Source: Gemmatimonas sp. (GTDB taxonomy: Bacteria; Gemmatimonadota; Gemmatimonadetes; Gemmatimonadales; Gemmatimonadaceae). Taken from it: DNA of 64,000 nucleotides. Below, in pieces: positions 27,606 to 37,753 of the stretch. Location: the NCBI GenBank assembly GCA_965279375.1, contig OZ257156.1, forward strand, positions 2,080,001-2,144,000, written 5' to 3'. Position 1 is the first letter of the stretch; each line of letters starts with the position of its first letter. The notes under the pieces are model-generated. The model made no database searches and was not told the DNA's origin. It saw nothing but the letters and a program-made list of their open reading frames with translations. The translations under genes and the position numbers were made by a program.

Positions 27606-30600
27606 ATGTCCTCCTCTCCTCGTACTCGCGCCCTGCGCGTCGCTCCTGCGATGGTCCTCGGGCTGGTGCTCGGCGCAACGCCGGTGGAGGCGCAGTCGCG
27701 CGCTGCGCAGACGGCCACGCCCGTTCGCTTTGCCGCGGCTCCCGGCCAGCAGGACAATTCGCCCGAGGCGCAGGCCTTACGCTCGCTCCGCTGGCGCTCC
27801 ATCGGCCCGATCAATCAGGCGGGACGCATCTCCGTCGTGGCGGGCGTGGCGGGCGATCCGCTCACGTACTTCGTGGCCGGTGCGAATGGCGGCATCATCC
27901 GAACGAAGAACGGTGGCGTCACCTTCGAGCCGGTCTTCGACGAGCAGACGTCCATTTCGATTGGCGCGATTGCCGTGGCGCCGAGCGATCCGAACGTCGT
28001 GTATGTCGGCACGGGCGAGGGCAATCCGCGCAACAACGCGTCGGTTGGCGACGGCATGTACAAGTCGGTGGATGGCGGCGATCACTGGACGCACATCGGT
28101 CTGACCAAGTCCGACAAGATTGCACGGCTGATCGTGGACGGAAAGAATCCCGACATCGTGTATGCGTGCGGAATTGGTCGCGAGTGGGGGCCGAGCGAAG
28201 AGCGCGGCGTGTTCAAGACCGTCGACGGCGGCAAGTCGTGGAAGAAGGTGCTCTACGTCGATCCGCAGACGGCGTGTTCGGATATTTCGGCGGACCCGAA
28301 CAACTCCAACGTCATCTACGCGGGCATGTATACGTACCGGCGCTGGGCGTGGCATCTGGAGAGCGGCGGCGGCAACACGGCGGTGTGGAAGTCGGTCAAT
28401 GGCGGTGAGACGTGGGAGCGATTGTCCGGGAAGGATCGCGAGCTCGGTCTGCCCAAGACCGAGATGGATCGAATCGGCATCGCCGTGAGCCCGAGTGAGC
28501 CCAACATCGTCTATGTGTTGACGGAAACGAAAGACGAAGGCGAGTTGTGGCGTAGCGATGATGGCGGCAAGCGGTGGCGCATGATCAATCGCGATCCGAA
28601 CATCAACTTCCGCCCGTTCTACTACGCCGACATTCGCGTCGATCCGAAGAACTCCAATCGCGTCTTCACGTTGTCCGGTTCGCTGTACTTCTCGGAGGAT
28701 GGCGGAAGGAACTTCACGACCATTGCGCGCGACATCCACGGTGATCATCAGGCGATGTGGATCGATCCCGTCGATCCGCGCCGCATTCTGTCTGGCTCTG
28801 ATGGCGGATGGCAGATCAGCAACGATGGCGGCAAGAACTTCGAGATCGTGAACACGTTTCCGTTCACGCAGTTCTACCACATTCACTACGACTTGCAGAG
28901 CCCGTACTGGGTGTGCGGCGGCTTGCAGGACAACGGCACGTGGTGCGGTCCATCCAACTCGCTCAATCCGCAGGGGATCCTGCGTCGTGACTGGTACACG
29001 GTCTCTGGTGGCGACGGATTCTTCGGCGTTCCCGATCTCGAGCGGCCGTGGATCATCTACTCCGACGCGCAGGGCGGCATGATTTACGTGACCGATCGGC
29101 GCAGCGGATCGCAGAAGATGATCTATCCGTATCCCAATCGCATTGGCTCGGTGGGTGATGCGATGGCGGGGCACAAGTATCGCTTCAACTGGAACTCGCC
29201 GATCGAACTATCGCCGCAGGATCCGGGCACCGTGTACTTCGGCGGCAACGTGCTGTTCAAGAGCACCAATCGCGGGCAGTCGTGGACGGCCATCTCTCCC
29301 GATCTCACGACCAACAACCCTGCCAAGCAAGTCTCGAGTGGTGGCCCCATCGTGGTGGACAACACCGCCGCAGAATTCCACTGCACGATTCTCAGCATCG
29401 CGCCGTCGCCACTCGACCCCAACATCATCTGGGTGAGCACCGACGACGGCAACGTGCAAGTGACGCGCGACGGTGGAAAGACGTGGAGCAACGTCTTCAC
29501 CAATCCGCCGGGGCTCAAGCCGGCCGCGTGGTTGCCGACGATCGAAGCGTCGCGCTTCGATGCAGGCACGGCGTACGTGGTGGCCGATCATCACCAGGAC
29601 GACGACTACGCGCCGTATGCCTTCGTCACCACCGACTTCGGCAAGACGTGGACGAGCGTTCGCGGTGATCTGCCGGACAACGCCGGCTGGGCGCATGTGA
29701 TTCGTGAAGATCCCAAGAATCGCAACCTGCTCTACATCGGCACCGAGATGGGCGCGTGGGCATCGTGGGACAAGGGCAAGCACTGGGTCTCGATCCTCAA
29801 CCACTTGCCCGTCGTGCAGGTGCGCGACATCAAGATTCACCCGCGCGAGAACGATCTCATTCTCGCCACGCACGGCCGCGGCGTCTTCATTCTCGATGAC
29901 ATCACTGCACTTCAGCAGCTGGGCACCACCACCACCGCCGATGCGGCGCTCTTCGACGTGCGGCCTGCCACCGAGTGGGTGACGTGGACCAAGGACGGCA
30001 ACTTTGGTCAGAAGAAGTGGGCCGGTGAGAATCCGCCGCAGGGCGCGATCATCTCGTACTTCCTCAAGTCGCAGCCGGTCGGTCAGGTCGATGTGCTGAT
30101 CACCGACAAGGATGGCAAGCAGGTACGCCGCCTCGCGCGCGTCCCCGACGAATCGGGCGTGAATCGCACGGCGTGGGATCTGCGCGGAGAGACGCCGGCG
30201 GGTGGCGGCGGCGGACGCGGTGGTGGGGCGGCTGCGGCGGCTCCGCAGGACACGACGCTTGCCGGGCTCCGCGCGCGTCGTCGCCTCGCCGCGCTCGACG
30301 GCGGCGCCGTCGCTGGAGATGGCGAAGGGTTCGGTGGCGCTGCAGTGCCAAACGTGTTGCCGGGTACGTACACGGTCACGCTCGTCGCGGACGGAAAGCG
30401 ATACAGCAAGACCGTCGAAGTGCGCGCGGATCCGCGCTCCGAGATGACGCAAGCGCAACTCGTGGCGCAGGCTGAAGCGACGCAGCGCATTCAGGCCGTG
30501 GGGGCGGGTGTCAATCGCACGATCGCTGCTGGCGACGACATCACGCGCCAACTGACGGCGTTGCAGGATCAGCTTCGCCGCGCGCCGCGCGCGCCGGGCG

Positions 30601-30947
30601 ACAGCAGCGGTGCGGCCACGCGCGTTGTACTCGGCGAAATCGATGTCACGCTCAAGGAGCTCAAGCAGTTCCGGGACTCCGTACTCGCACGTCCACTGCC
30701 AGGGCTGGGCTATCGCCAGTATCCACGTCTGCGCGAGGAAGTGCAGTCGGTGCAGCAGATGATCGCACGCCCCTTCGGTCCGCCCACCGAAGGTGAGTCG
30801 CTGCGCTCGGGTGAATTGCGTGTGGAGTCGGACGGGGCGCAGACGCGTCTCGATGGCATCATCCGCGATCGCGTGGGCAAGATCAATCAGCTGCTGGCGG
30901 GGACGCCGCATGTGATCACGTTACCGCCGCGCGGGTTTGTACCGTAA
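27606..30947 (+). CDS. Secreted VPS10/sortilin-like BNR (Asp-box) repeat protein
   Basis: WRSIGP and GRIS motifs; many S/T-x-D-G-G-x-x-W repeats; ATHGRG; helical C-terminus; start approximate. Confidence 0.85.
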   Translation: MSSSPRTRALRVAPAMVLGLVLGATPVEAQSRAAQTATPVRFAAAPGQQDNSPEAQALRSLRWRSIGPINQAGRISVVAGVAGDPLTYFVAGANGGIIRTKNGGVTFEPVFDEQTSISIGAIAVAPSDPNVVYVGTGEGNPRNNASVGDGMYKSVDGGDHWTHIGLTKSDKIARLIVDGKNPDIVYACGIGREWGPSEERGVFKTVDGGKSWKKVLYVDPQTACSDISADPNNSNVIYAGMYTYRRWAWHLESGGGNTAVWKSVNGGETWERLSGKDRELGLPKTEMDRIGIAVSPSEPNIVYVLTETKDEGELWRSDDGGKRWRMINRDPNINFRPFYYADIRVDPKNSNRVFTLSGSLYFSEDGGRNFTTIARDIHGDHQAMWIDPVDPRRILSGSDGGWQISNDGGKNFEIVNTFPFTQFYHIHYDLQSPYWVCGGLQDNGTWCGPSNSLNPQGILRRDWYTVSGGDGFFGVPDLERPWIIYSDAQGGMIYVTDRRSGSQKMIYPYPNRIGSVGDAMAGHKYRFNWNSPIELSPQDPGTVYFGGNVLFKSTNRGQSWTAISPDLTTNNPAKQVSSGGPIVVDNTAAEFHCTILSIAPSPLDPNIIWVSTDDGNVQVTRDGGKTWSNVFTNPPGLKPAAWLPTIEASRFDAGTAYVVADHHQDDDYAPYAFVTTDFGKTWTSVRGDLPDNAGWAHVIREDPKNRNLLYIGTEMGAWASWDKGKHWVSILNHLPVVQVRDIKIHPRENDLILATHGRGVFILDDITALQQLGTTTTADAALFDVRPATEWVTWTKDGNFGQKKWAGENPPQGAIISYFLKSQPVGQVDVLITDKDGKQVRRLARVPDESGVNRTAWDLRGETPAGGGGGRGGGAAAAAPQDTTLAGLRARRRLAALDGGAVAGDGEGFGGAAVPNVLPGTYTVTLVADGKRYSKTVEVRADPRSEMTQAQLVAQAEATQRIQAVGAGVNRTIAAGDDITRQLTALQDQLRRAPRAPGDSSGAATRVVLGEIDVTLKELKQFRDSVLARPLPGLGYRQYPRLREEVQSVQQMIARPFGPPTEGESLRSGELRVESDGAQTRLDGIIRDRVGKINQLLAGTPHVITLPPRGFVP

Positions 30948-30959
30948 CGCGATGTTACA

Positions 30960-30994
30960 CTCACCAAACCCACGACGCGTGTGGGTTTGGTGAG
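30960..30994. terminator. Perfect 14-bp-stem hairpin downstream of the VPS10 gene
   Basis: CTCACCAAACCCAC-gacgcgt-GTGGGTTTGGTGAG; no U-tract. Confidence 0.55.
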
Positions 30995-31124
30995 CACAGC
31001 ACCACGTCGTTGATCTGCGACGACCGAAGTCGTAAGGTTCAGCCGATCGTACGATGCCGCCGCAACGGCGGACGATAGGCAGGTGAATTCCCGACGAAGG
31101 GGCAATGCCGCCGATGCGAACACG

Positions 31125-33392
31125 ATGACGGAAGATGATGAGCGGCTCACCTGGACGGCGGAACATGCCGTCTGGACGGGCTCCTCTTCCGCGCAGTCGT
31201 TCCACGATCTCGCCAGACTCGCTGCACTCGCGTTCGATGTGCCCATGGCCATGGTCGCGCTGCGCGAGAGTGGGGTGGATCGCATTGAGGCGGGAGTTGG
31301 AATTGAAGATGCGCACACCGCGCCTGCCGTGCTTCGCCTCTCCGCAGCGCTCGACTCATCGAGCGACGAAATTCTCGTGGTGGCGGACACGCTCGACGAC
31401 CCCCGCACCGCGGTCGATCCGATTGTCACCGGTGTGCCCGGCGTCCGCTTCTATCTCCAGGCCCCGATTCGCGCCGCGACTGGCGATGCGGTCGGCACCA
31501 TTTATCTGCTTGGCCGTCATCCATTCAGTCCGGACGCGCGAGCGTTCGCGCAGCTTCGCGTGATTCGCAATCGCGTCGCCGAGGAGATCGCACGGCTTGA
31601 CGAGCGCTTGACCAGGCCGGACACCACGGATGTCCTCGCGCAGGAGCGTCGTGCGCTTCAGGAGACGGCCGCGGCGTACCGCATGTTGATCGAGCAGAGC
31701 GGGGACGCGCTGTTTGTGGTCGATGCCCGGAGCATGCGAATCGTGGAAACGAACGCCAGCGCCACGGGGCTCTTCGGATACACGCGCGACGAGATCCTGC
31801 AGCTGCGTACGAGTGATCTGATCCTTCCGGACGATATGCCGATTCTGCTCGGTGCCATCGCCGACATCGAAGCAGGCAAGCGCGTGATCGCGACGAGGAG
31901 ACTGCGTCGCAAGGATGGCTCGCTCTTCTGGGGTGAAGTTATCACCAGCAAGCTCGCGGACGGGCGACGCCAGAGCATCGTTCGCAACGTGGCGGAGCGA
32001 ATTCGACTCGAGGACGAGCGGGCCGCGCTGATGGAACGTGTGACGGATGCCTTCATCTCGCTGGATTTCGACGGTCGCGTCACGTGGATCAATGAGAAGG
32101 CCGCGAGCCGCGCGGGTCGACGACCGGATGAAATGCTCGGCCTGCACCTGTTCCCGGACTTTTCGGACAGTTTCAGTGACACGCTTCGGCTGGCGTGTCA
32201 GCAGGTGCAGCACGAGCAAGTGCCGAAATCGATCGAAGTGTACTTCCGACCATTGCAACGGTGGTACGAGGCCCGAATCTATCCGTCGGCAACGGGCATC
32301 TCGATTTTTTCGTCGGATGTCACCGAGCGGAAGCAGGCCGAGGCCGCGCTGAATCTCAGTGAGGCACGTTTTCGCGTTCTCGTAGAACAAGGCGCTGACG
32401 TGATCTTCATGCTCGACCGCGCTGGCGACATCATCTGGTGTAGTCCGTCGGTGACGAAGGTCATCGGCTACGATCCGGCGGAACTGCTCGGGCGACCCGC
32501 GATCTCTCTGGTCCATCCTGACGACCGGCCACGTTCGATCGATCTCGTGACGGCCGCGATGCGGGACCCTGGACTCACCACCTCGGACGAGTTCCGCGTC
32601 CTCCACCGTGACGGAAGCCTCCGCGTCATCGAGGGGTTCGGGGTCAATCGCTTTGACGATCCCTCGTTTGGGGCGTTCGTGGGCAGTTGGCACGACATCA
32701 CCGAGCAGCGAGACGCCGAGCAGGTGCTGACGGAGTCGGCGGACCAACTGCGACGCCTGACGCAGCGACTGCAGATCGTTCGCGAGGAGGAGCAGGCGCT
32801 GCTTTCCCGCGACCTGCATGACCGACTCGGTCAGGCCCTCACCATGCTCAAACTGGGACTGGCGCGCGTCACCGACAGTGTCATCTCGGGCGATATCGGG
32901 GCAGCGACCGATCTGCGTCAGCTGAGTAGCGACGTTGACGCGCTGGTGCAGACGACGCGACAGATCTCCGCCGACCTGCGGCCACCGCTGCTCGACGACT
33001 TCGGACTGGCGGCTGCACTCGAGTGGGCGGCGCAGCGGTTCGCTGCGCGCACGGGACTCGCGTGCACCGCGGAGACGAACGATGTCGATCTGCGTCCCGA
33101 AATCTCCCGCGCGTTTTATGCCATCACGCAAGAGGCGCTGACCAACGTCGCTCGGCATGCTGAGGCGACTGCCGTCACGATTCGATTGGCGTACGTGAAT
33201 GCGCACGTCCAGTTGGACGTGGAAGACGATGGTGTGGGCATTTCACCAACGACGCTGCACTTCGGCGACACGCTTGGACTGCTCGGCATGCGAGAGCGGG
33301 CCACTTCCGTCGGTGCGCGCTTGGAGATCGTGCCCGGAGCAGAGTGCGGCACCGTCGTGTCGATACGGATTCCCAGGGAGACAGTCGCATGA
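31125..33392 (+). CDS. Cytoplasmic sensor histidine kinase, GAF + 3 PAS + HisKA_3 + HATPase
   Basis: GAF-like DTLDDPR and VRFY; three PAS segments; SRDLHDRLGQ, QEALTNVARHA, DDGVG and GLLGMRER motifs. Confidence 0.9.
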   Translation: MTEDDERLTWTAEHAVWTGSSSAQSFHDLARLAALAFDVPMAMVALRESGVDRIEAGVGIEDAHTAPAVLRLSAALDSSSDEILVVADTLDDPRTAVDPIVTGVPGVRFYLQAPIRAATGDAVGTIYLLGRHPFSPDARAFAQLRVIRNRVAEEIARLDERLTRPDTTDVLAQERRALQETAAAYRMLIEQSGDALFVVDARSMRIVETNASATGLFGYTRDEILQLRTSDLILPDDMPILLGAIADIEAGKRVIATRRLRRKDGSLFWGEVITSKLADGRRQSIVRNVAERIRLEDERAALMERVTDAFISLDFDGRVTWINEKAASRAGRRPDEMLGLHLFPDFSDSFSDTLRLACQQVQHEQVPKSIEVYFRPLQRWYEARIYPSATGISIFSSDVTERKQAEAALNLSEARFRVLVEQGADVIFMLDRAGDIIWCSPSVTKVIGYDPAELLGRPAISLVHPDDRPRSIDLVTAAMRDPGLTTSDEFRVLHRDGSLRVIEGFGVNRFDDPSFGAFVGSWHDITEQRDAEQVLTESADQLRRLTQRLQIVREEEQALLSRDLHDRLGQALTMLKLGLARVTDSVISGDIGAATDLRQLSSDVDALVQTTRQISADLRPPLLDDFGLAAALEWAAQRFAARTGLACTAETNDVDLRPEISRAFYAITQEALTNVARHAEATAVTIRLAYVNAHVQLDVEDDGVGISPTTLHFGDTLGLLGMRERATSVGARLEIVPGAECGTVVSIRIPRETVA

Positions 33393-34024
33393 TTCGCGTC
33401 CTGCTGGCGGATGACCATCCGATGCTCCGCCGCGGGCTGGCCTCGCTGCTGGATGCACAGTCCGACATCCGCGTGGTCGGCGAGGTCGGCAGCGCGGACG
33501 AATTGTTCACCCTCCTCGCGAATACCAGCGTCCATGTGCTGGTGCTCGACGTCTCCATGCCCGGACCGGGACTGGCGGCTGTGCTCAAGACGCTCCGCGA
33601 CGAGCACCGTGGCGTGCGTACGATCATACTGAGCATGTATCCCGAGGAGCAGTTCGCCCCGCGCGCGCTGCGCGATGGCGCGCTTGGCTACCTGACCAAG
33701 GACCAGTCGCCCGAGATGCTGGTGACGGCCGTGCGAAAAGTCGCGGCGGGTGGCGTGTTCGTCACACCGACATTGGCTGAGCTGCTGGTCGCCGGATTGA
33801 CGACCGACGTCGACCGACCGCCGCATGAGTTGCTTTCCAGTCGTGAGATGGCAGTCTTTCGTGCCATTGGCGCGGGTCGCAGCTTGAAGGAGGTAGCCGG
33901 CGCCCTTGGGATCAGTCCAAAGACCGCCAGCACCTACCGGGTTCGCATACTCGAAAAGCTGGGAGTGACGTCGAACGCAGACATCGTTCGCTACGCCGTG
34001 CGGCACGGACTCGCCGCGGAGTAG
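33389..34024 (+). CDS. NarL/FixJ (UvrY/GacA-like) response regulator
   Basis: LADDH, LDVSMP and GYLTK motifs; LuxR HTH LSSREM...SPKTASTYRVRILEKL; ATGA overlap with the kinase. Confidence 0.93.
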   Translation: MIRVLLADDHPMLRRGLASLLDAQSDIRVVGEVGSADELFTLLANTSVHVLVLDVSMPGPGLAAVLKTLRDEHRGVRTIILSMYPEEQFAPRALRDGALGYLTKDQSPEMLVTAVRKVAAGGVFVTPTLAELLVAGLTTDVDRPPHELLSSREMAVFRAIGAGRSLKEVAGALGISPKTASTYRVRILEKLGVTSNADIVRYAVRHGLAAE

Positions 34025-34046
34025 TGTCGTCCCGCGCTGGCGGCCA

Positions 34047-34064
34047 TGTCGGCGCAGTCCTACA
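34047..34064. promoter_or_regulatory. Putative NarL/GacA-type regulator box TGTCGG-N6-CCTACA
   Basis: Near-perfect 18-bp palindrome with the geometry of the GacA/UvrY box TGTAAG-N6-CTTACA, about 65 bp upstream of the next ATG. Confidence 0.55.
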
Positions 34065-34120
34065 CGAGACGACACGAACGCCGACGCGCGCGCTCAGCGG
34101 GGCGCGCCTAGCGTTCCGGA

Positions 34121-34501
34121 ATGAGATTATTTGTCGTAGAAGATTCGACGCCGTTCAGGCGCGTACTCCTGACGCAGCTGTCGCAATTGCCCAATGTGCA
34201 GGTCATCGGATCCGCGGCGACTGTCGCGGAGGCGATTGAAGGCATCGCGCAGACTGCGCCCGACCTGCTGACGCTCGATCTCCGCCTCGGCCGGCAGAGT
34301 GGTGTGGAGGTGCTCGTGACGGTTCGAGCGGCGCGGCCCGATGTCACGATCATCGTGCTGACCAATCATGCCGATTCGACGTGTCGCGCTCGCTGTCTCG
34401 CAGCCGGCGCGAACCACTTCTTCGACAAATCCACCGAGTTCGACGCCGCGGTGTCGCTCATTCGTGCGCAAGCAGTTGCCCAGCCGGGGGGCCACTCATG
34501 A
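34121..34501 (+). CDS. Single-domain response regulator
   Basis: VVEDS, LDLRL, VLTN and FFDK receiver motifs. Confidence 0.88.
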   Translation: MRLFVVEDSTPFRRVLLTQLSQLPNVQVIGSAATVAEAIEGIAQTAPDLLTLDLRLGRQSGVEVLVTVRAARPDVTIIVLTNHADSTCRARCLAAGANHFFDKSTEFDAAVSLIRAQAVAQPGGHS

Positions 34502-35289
34502 GCATGAATTCTCAGGCCGGCGTAGAAAGCGCGAGAGCACGCGCGACCGAGCCTCACCTGCTCGAGGCTGTAGGGCAGTTCTCGCTGGGGATCGCGCACG
34601 ACTTCAACACGCTGCTCACGATCATCGCGTCCAACGCGTCCATCCTCGCAGAGACCTATCCCAACGAGTCGGACGTACCCTGCGAACTGAAGGCGGTTGG
34701 TCACGCCGCGCAGCGCGGCGCGCAGATGGTTCGTCGCCTGATGCTCTTTGCTCGTCACCAGTCGGTCCAGCTGTCGACGATAGGAATCGACGACGTCATG
34801 GTCGGCATGCCGGAACAGATCCGCGCGCTCCTTCCGGACAATGTGTCGCTTGAATCCGTCGTCGATCGTACACCATTGCTTGTGACAGCGGACAGCGGCG
34901 TCCTGGAGGAGATTCTGTTGAACCTCGCCACCAATGCGCGGGACGCGATGCCGAGCGGTGGTTCGCTGGTTTTGTCCGCCACGCGAACATTCCGCTGCAG
35001 CGCAACCGACGTACGCGGCAACGTCATTCCGCGAGGCGAGTACGTGGAGATCACGGTGGGCGATACCGGCACCGGGCTGGACGAGCGAACGCGCGAGCGC
35101 ATGTTCGAACCGTTCTTCTCCACCAAACACACCGGCGCTGGCGCCGGCCTCGGTCTCGCCATGAGCTACGCGCTCGTGCGGCAGTTGAACGGGTATATGG
35201 ACGTCGATTCCGTGCAGCACGTGGGTACTCGCGTGACGCTCATACTGCCGGCTCTTCCTCGACTGGCGAGAGCCGCGACGCGTCCATGA
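34498..35289 (+). CDS. Sensor-less CckA-like histidine kinase core
   Basis: GIAHDFNT, NLATNARDAM, DTGTG, FEPFFSTK and GAGLGL motifs; very short N-terminus. Confidence 0.85.
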   Translation: MSMNSQAGVESARARATEPHLLEAVGQFSLGIAHDFNTLLTIIASNASILAETYPNESDVPCELKAVGHAAQRGAQMVRRLMLFARHQSVQLSTIGIDDVMVGMPEQIRALLPDNVSLESVVDRTPLLVTADSGVLEEILLNLATNARDAMPSGGSLVLSATRTFRCSATDVRGNVIPRGEYVEITVGDTGTGLDERTRERMFEPFFSTKHTGAGAGLGLAMSYALVRQLNGYMDVDSVQHVGTRVTLILPALPRLARAATRP

Positions 35290-35323
35290 CCGTTCGCGCG
35301 ACTGCGCGACGTCGCGAGCCCCG

Positions 35324-37630
35324 CTAGAACGCCATCATCCGCGTGACCTTGAGCGCGATGCTGCGCTCGTTGCGCACGTTCGTTTCGGTATTCTGCCGCT
35401 CGGTATACACCAGGAACACGTCACTGAGCGGCGAGTAGCGCCACGCGAGCCGCGCATTGGTCACGAAGCTCTTGCTCTGCGTGTTGTACTGGACGAAGGT
35501 GCTGCCGAAGAGTGTCGTGGACCACGCGTACTTCACACGCAGGCCGGCCAGGTCTGCCACGAAATCGCCGCTCTTGAGCGACACGTCGTTGCGCTGATAC
35601 GTGCCTTCGAAGCTGACATCGTAGCGCGGCCGCCAGGTCAACCCGCCGTTGTACGCGAGGCGCGAACCGTCGTAGTAGTCGCCGACGTTGAGTCCGACGT
35701 TCCCGTACACGGGATACCGCTGCGTTGTGGTGTAGGTCAATTGCGCGTTTCGGTACGCGTAGGCACCGGCCGGGATCGAGCGGCCCGCGAACGGCGAGAA
35801 CGGACGGTCGAGGCGATCGAACCAGTCGTTCACTTCCAGCTTCAGCTCTCCGTCGGGCTGAAAGAACACATCGAGACCGGCGGTCACCTGATGCGACTGC
35901 GCGCTACCGTCGTAGTCGGCGTAGTAGTCCGCTTCGATGTACGGATTGAGCTCCTGAATGCCACGCAGTTTGGGACGGGCGTGCACACCAGCGGTCGCGT
36001 ATCGCTGCTGGAAGCCACGCCGCCGCACGAACCCCAACCCCGGATCGAAGTTGGCGGACACACGCTTGTACATGGCCGACGTGTTCCAGAGCTTGCCGCG
36101 ATACGCCACCGAGACGCGTCCGGCGCCACCGTCCGAGGTAGACCCGTCGGCGTCGGTCGTGGCGAGATACGAATTGATGATCAGGTTGCCGAACGGGCGT
36201 ATGTTCGCGTCGATGCCGATGGAGCGATTGAAGCTGCCGCTGCCACTATCGCTGTCGGTGGCCTGCCGATTGGAGAAGAGCAGTCCGACATCGGAGTTGC
36301 CGGAGAGATTGCGGCGCACGCGCGCCACCGAAAAGTTCTCGGCCGGCGTGGTGCGCGCACGCTGCGTCTGCATGTCGAGCAAACCGACTTCCCATCCGCC
36401 CACACGTCCGGTGATGCGTCCGCCGCCAACGATGGGAATGGGCAGGCCGTCGGCGGTGAGGCCGATCTGTCGCGAGTTGAAGAGCGTGAAGTCGTTGAGT
36501 GACGATCCCATGCGATAGTTGCGCTCGACGACATCGCCAAAGGTGAACGACCCCGAGTTCTCAATGAAGAACTCACGCCGCTCGGGAAACAGGACACCGA
36601 AGCGCGTCAGGTTCACCACCTGCTGATCCACTTCCACCTGCGAAAAGTCGGTGTTGTAGGTGGCGTCGAGCGTGAGTGATGGCGTGAGGCCGTACTTGAT
36701 GTCTCCGCCCACGTCGCCTTTGCTGCCGAGTGAGCTGCTGGGGACTTGAGCGCCACTGGAGTTGGAGGTGAGCGCGTACGGCTTCACCTGCAGATTGCGT
36801 CCCTGCTTGAGCGCGGAAAGTCCTTCGATGGTGCCCGCCTTGGACATGCGGTGCAGGCGATACTGTCGCTCGAGCGGCGCCCAGTAGGACGTCTCGTTCA
36901 CGCGGCGTACGCGCCGGATGAAGTTGATCCCCCACGATTGGGGATCGCGCCGCGCATCGAAGCGCAGCGTCTTGAGCGGAATCGTCATCTCCACCGTCCA
37001 ACTCGAATCCTGCTGCGACGTCTTGACCGTGTAGATGCCGTCCCATGCCTCGACGATGTTGCGCGAGTCGTTGAACGTTTGCTCGTCGCGCACGGCGCCC
37101 TTGGGATTGACGAGAAACAGGAACGAGTTGCGCTTGTCGTGGAACGTGTCGAGCACGAGTCCGAAGATGTCGCTGTTAGAGGAGACGAAATCGCGTTCCA
37201 GTCCAACCGTGATCGCGCGACCGGGCTCGGGATCGTAGTTCACGCCCGACACGTACAAATGGTCTTCGTCGTAGAGCACCCGCACGTCGGTCCGGAATCG
37301 CGCGCGTTCGCCGGTGTTGGGCAATTGCTGCACGAAGTCAGTCAGTACCATCGCACTTGCCCACGCGGCTTCATCGAGCACGCCGTCCACCTTGATCGGC
37401 GACGTCGTGCGGACAGCGCGCATTGTCGGACGCGGCACGGCCTCGGGGTTGACCACCGTCGGCGCCGGCGCGGGGTTGCTCGGCCCCTGTGCCGCCACTG
37501 GAGTCACGAGCGAGGCGAGCAACGACAGCGCGGCCACTGCCAGCGCTGGCCAGCGGCGCGAAGCGGAGTGGAGTCGCCGTTCGGAGCGCGAGCGGAGACG
37601 GAGGGCCAGATGCAGAAAGCTTTGAGGCAT
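35324..37630 (-). CDS. CBM9-like N-terminal domain + DUF5916-like outer-membrane protein
   Basis: IKVDGVLDEAAW, WTVEMTIP, NTDFSQVEVD and FPERREFF motifs; C-terminal Phe. Confidence 0.85.
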   Translation of the reverse strand: MPQSFLHLALRLRSRSERRLHSASRRWPALAVAALSLLASLVTPVAAQGPSNPAPAPTVVNPEAVPRPTMRAVRTTSPIKVDGVLDEAAWASAMVLTDFVQQLPNTGERARFRTDVRVLYDEDHLYVSGVNYDPEPGRAITVGLERDFVSSNSDIFGLVLDTFHDKRNSFLFLVNPKGAVRDEQTFNDSRNIVEAWDGIYTVKTSQQDSSWTVEMTIPLKTLRFDARRDPQSWGINFIRRVRRVNETSYWAPLERQYRLHRMSKAGTIEGLSALKQGRNLQVKPYALTSNSSGAQVPSSSLGSKGDVGGDIKYGLTPSLTLDATYNTDFSQVEVDQQVVNLTRFGVLFPERREFFIENSGSFTFGDVVERNYRMGSSLNDFTLFNSRQIGLTADGLPIPIVGGGRITGRVGGWEVGLLDMQTQRARTTPAENFSVARVRRNLSGNSDVGLLFSNRQATDSDSGSGSFNRSIGIDANIRPFGNLIINSYLATTDADGSTSDGGAGRVSVAYRGKLWNTSAMYKRVSANFDPGLGFVRRRGFQQRYATAGVHARPKLRGIQELNPYIEADYYADYDGSAQSHQVTAGLDVFFQPDGELKLEVNDWFDRLDRPFSPFAGRSIPAGAYAYRNAQLTYTTTQRYPVYGNVGLNVGDYYDGSRLAYNGGLTWRPRYDVSFEGTYQRNDVSLKSGDFVADLAGLRVKYAWSTTLFGSTFVQYNTQSKSFVTNARLAWRYSPLSDVFLVYTERQNTETNVRNERSIALKVTRMMAF

Positions 37631-37753
37631 CGCCAATGCTAAGCACCGGGCAAGCGAACGCTACCGTCCGCGTTCGTGCGACGGCGCACGCGAGACGCGT
37701 GCGCTGCCGGCCCTGTGACGGGGGCCGTGTGGTGAATCACGCTCGCGATTGCA

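Noticed and set aside
13144..33206. Other long antisense ORFs (13144-15183, 16302-17969, 20477-22096, 22487-23968, 29208-30911, 31356-33206)
   Set aside because: Each lies opposite a gene with clear family motifs, as expected from GC-biased codon use
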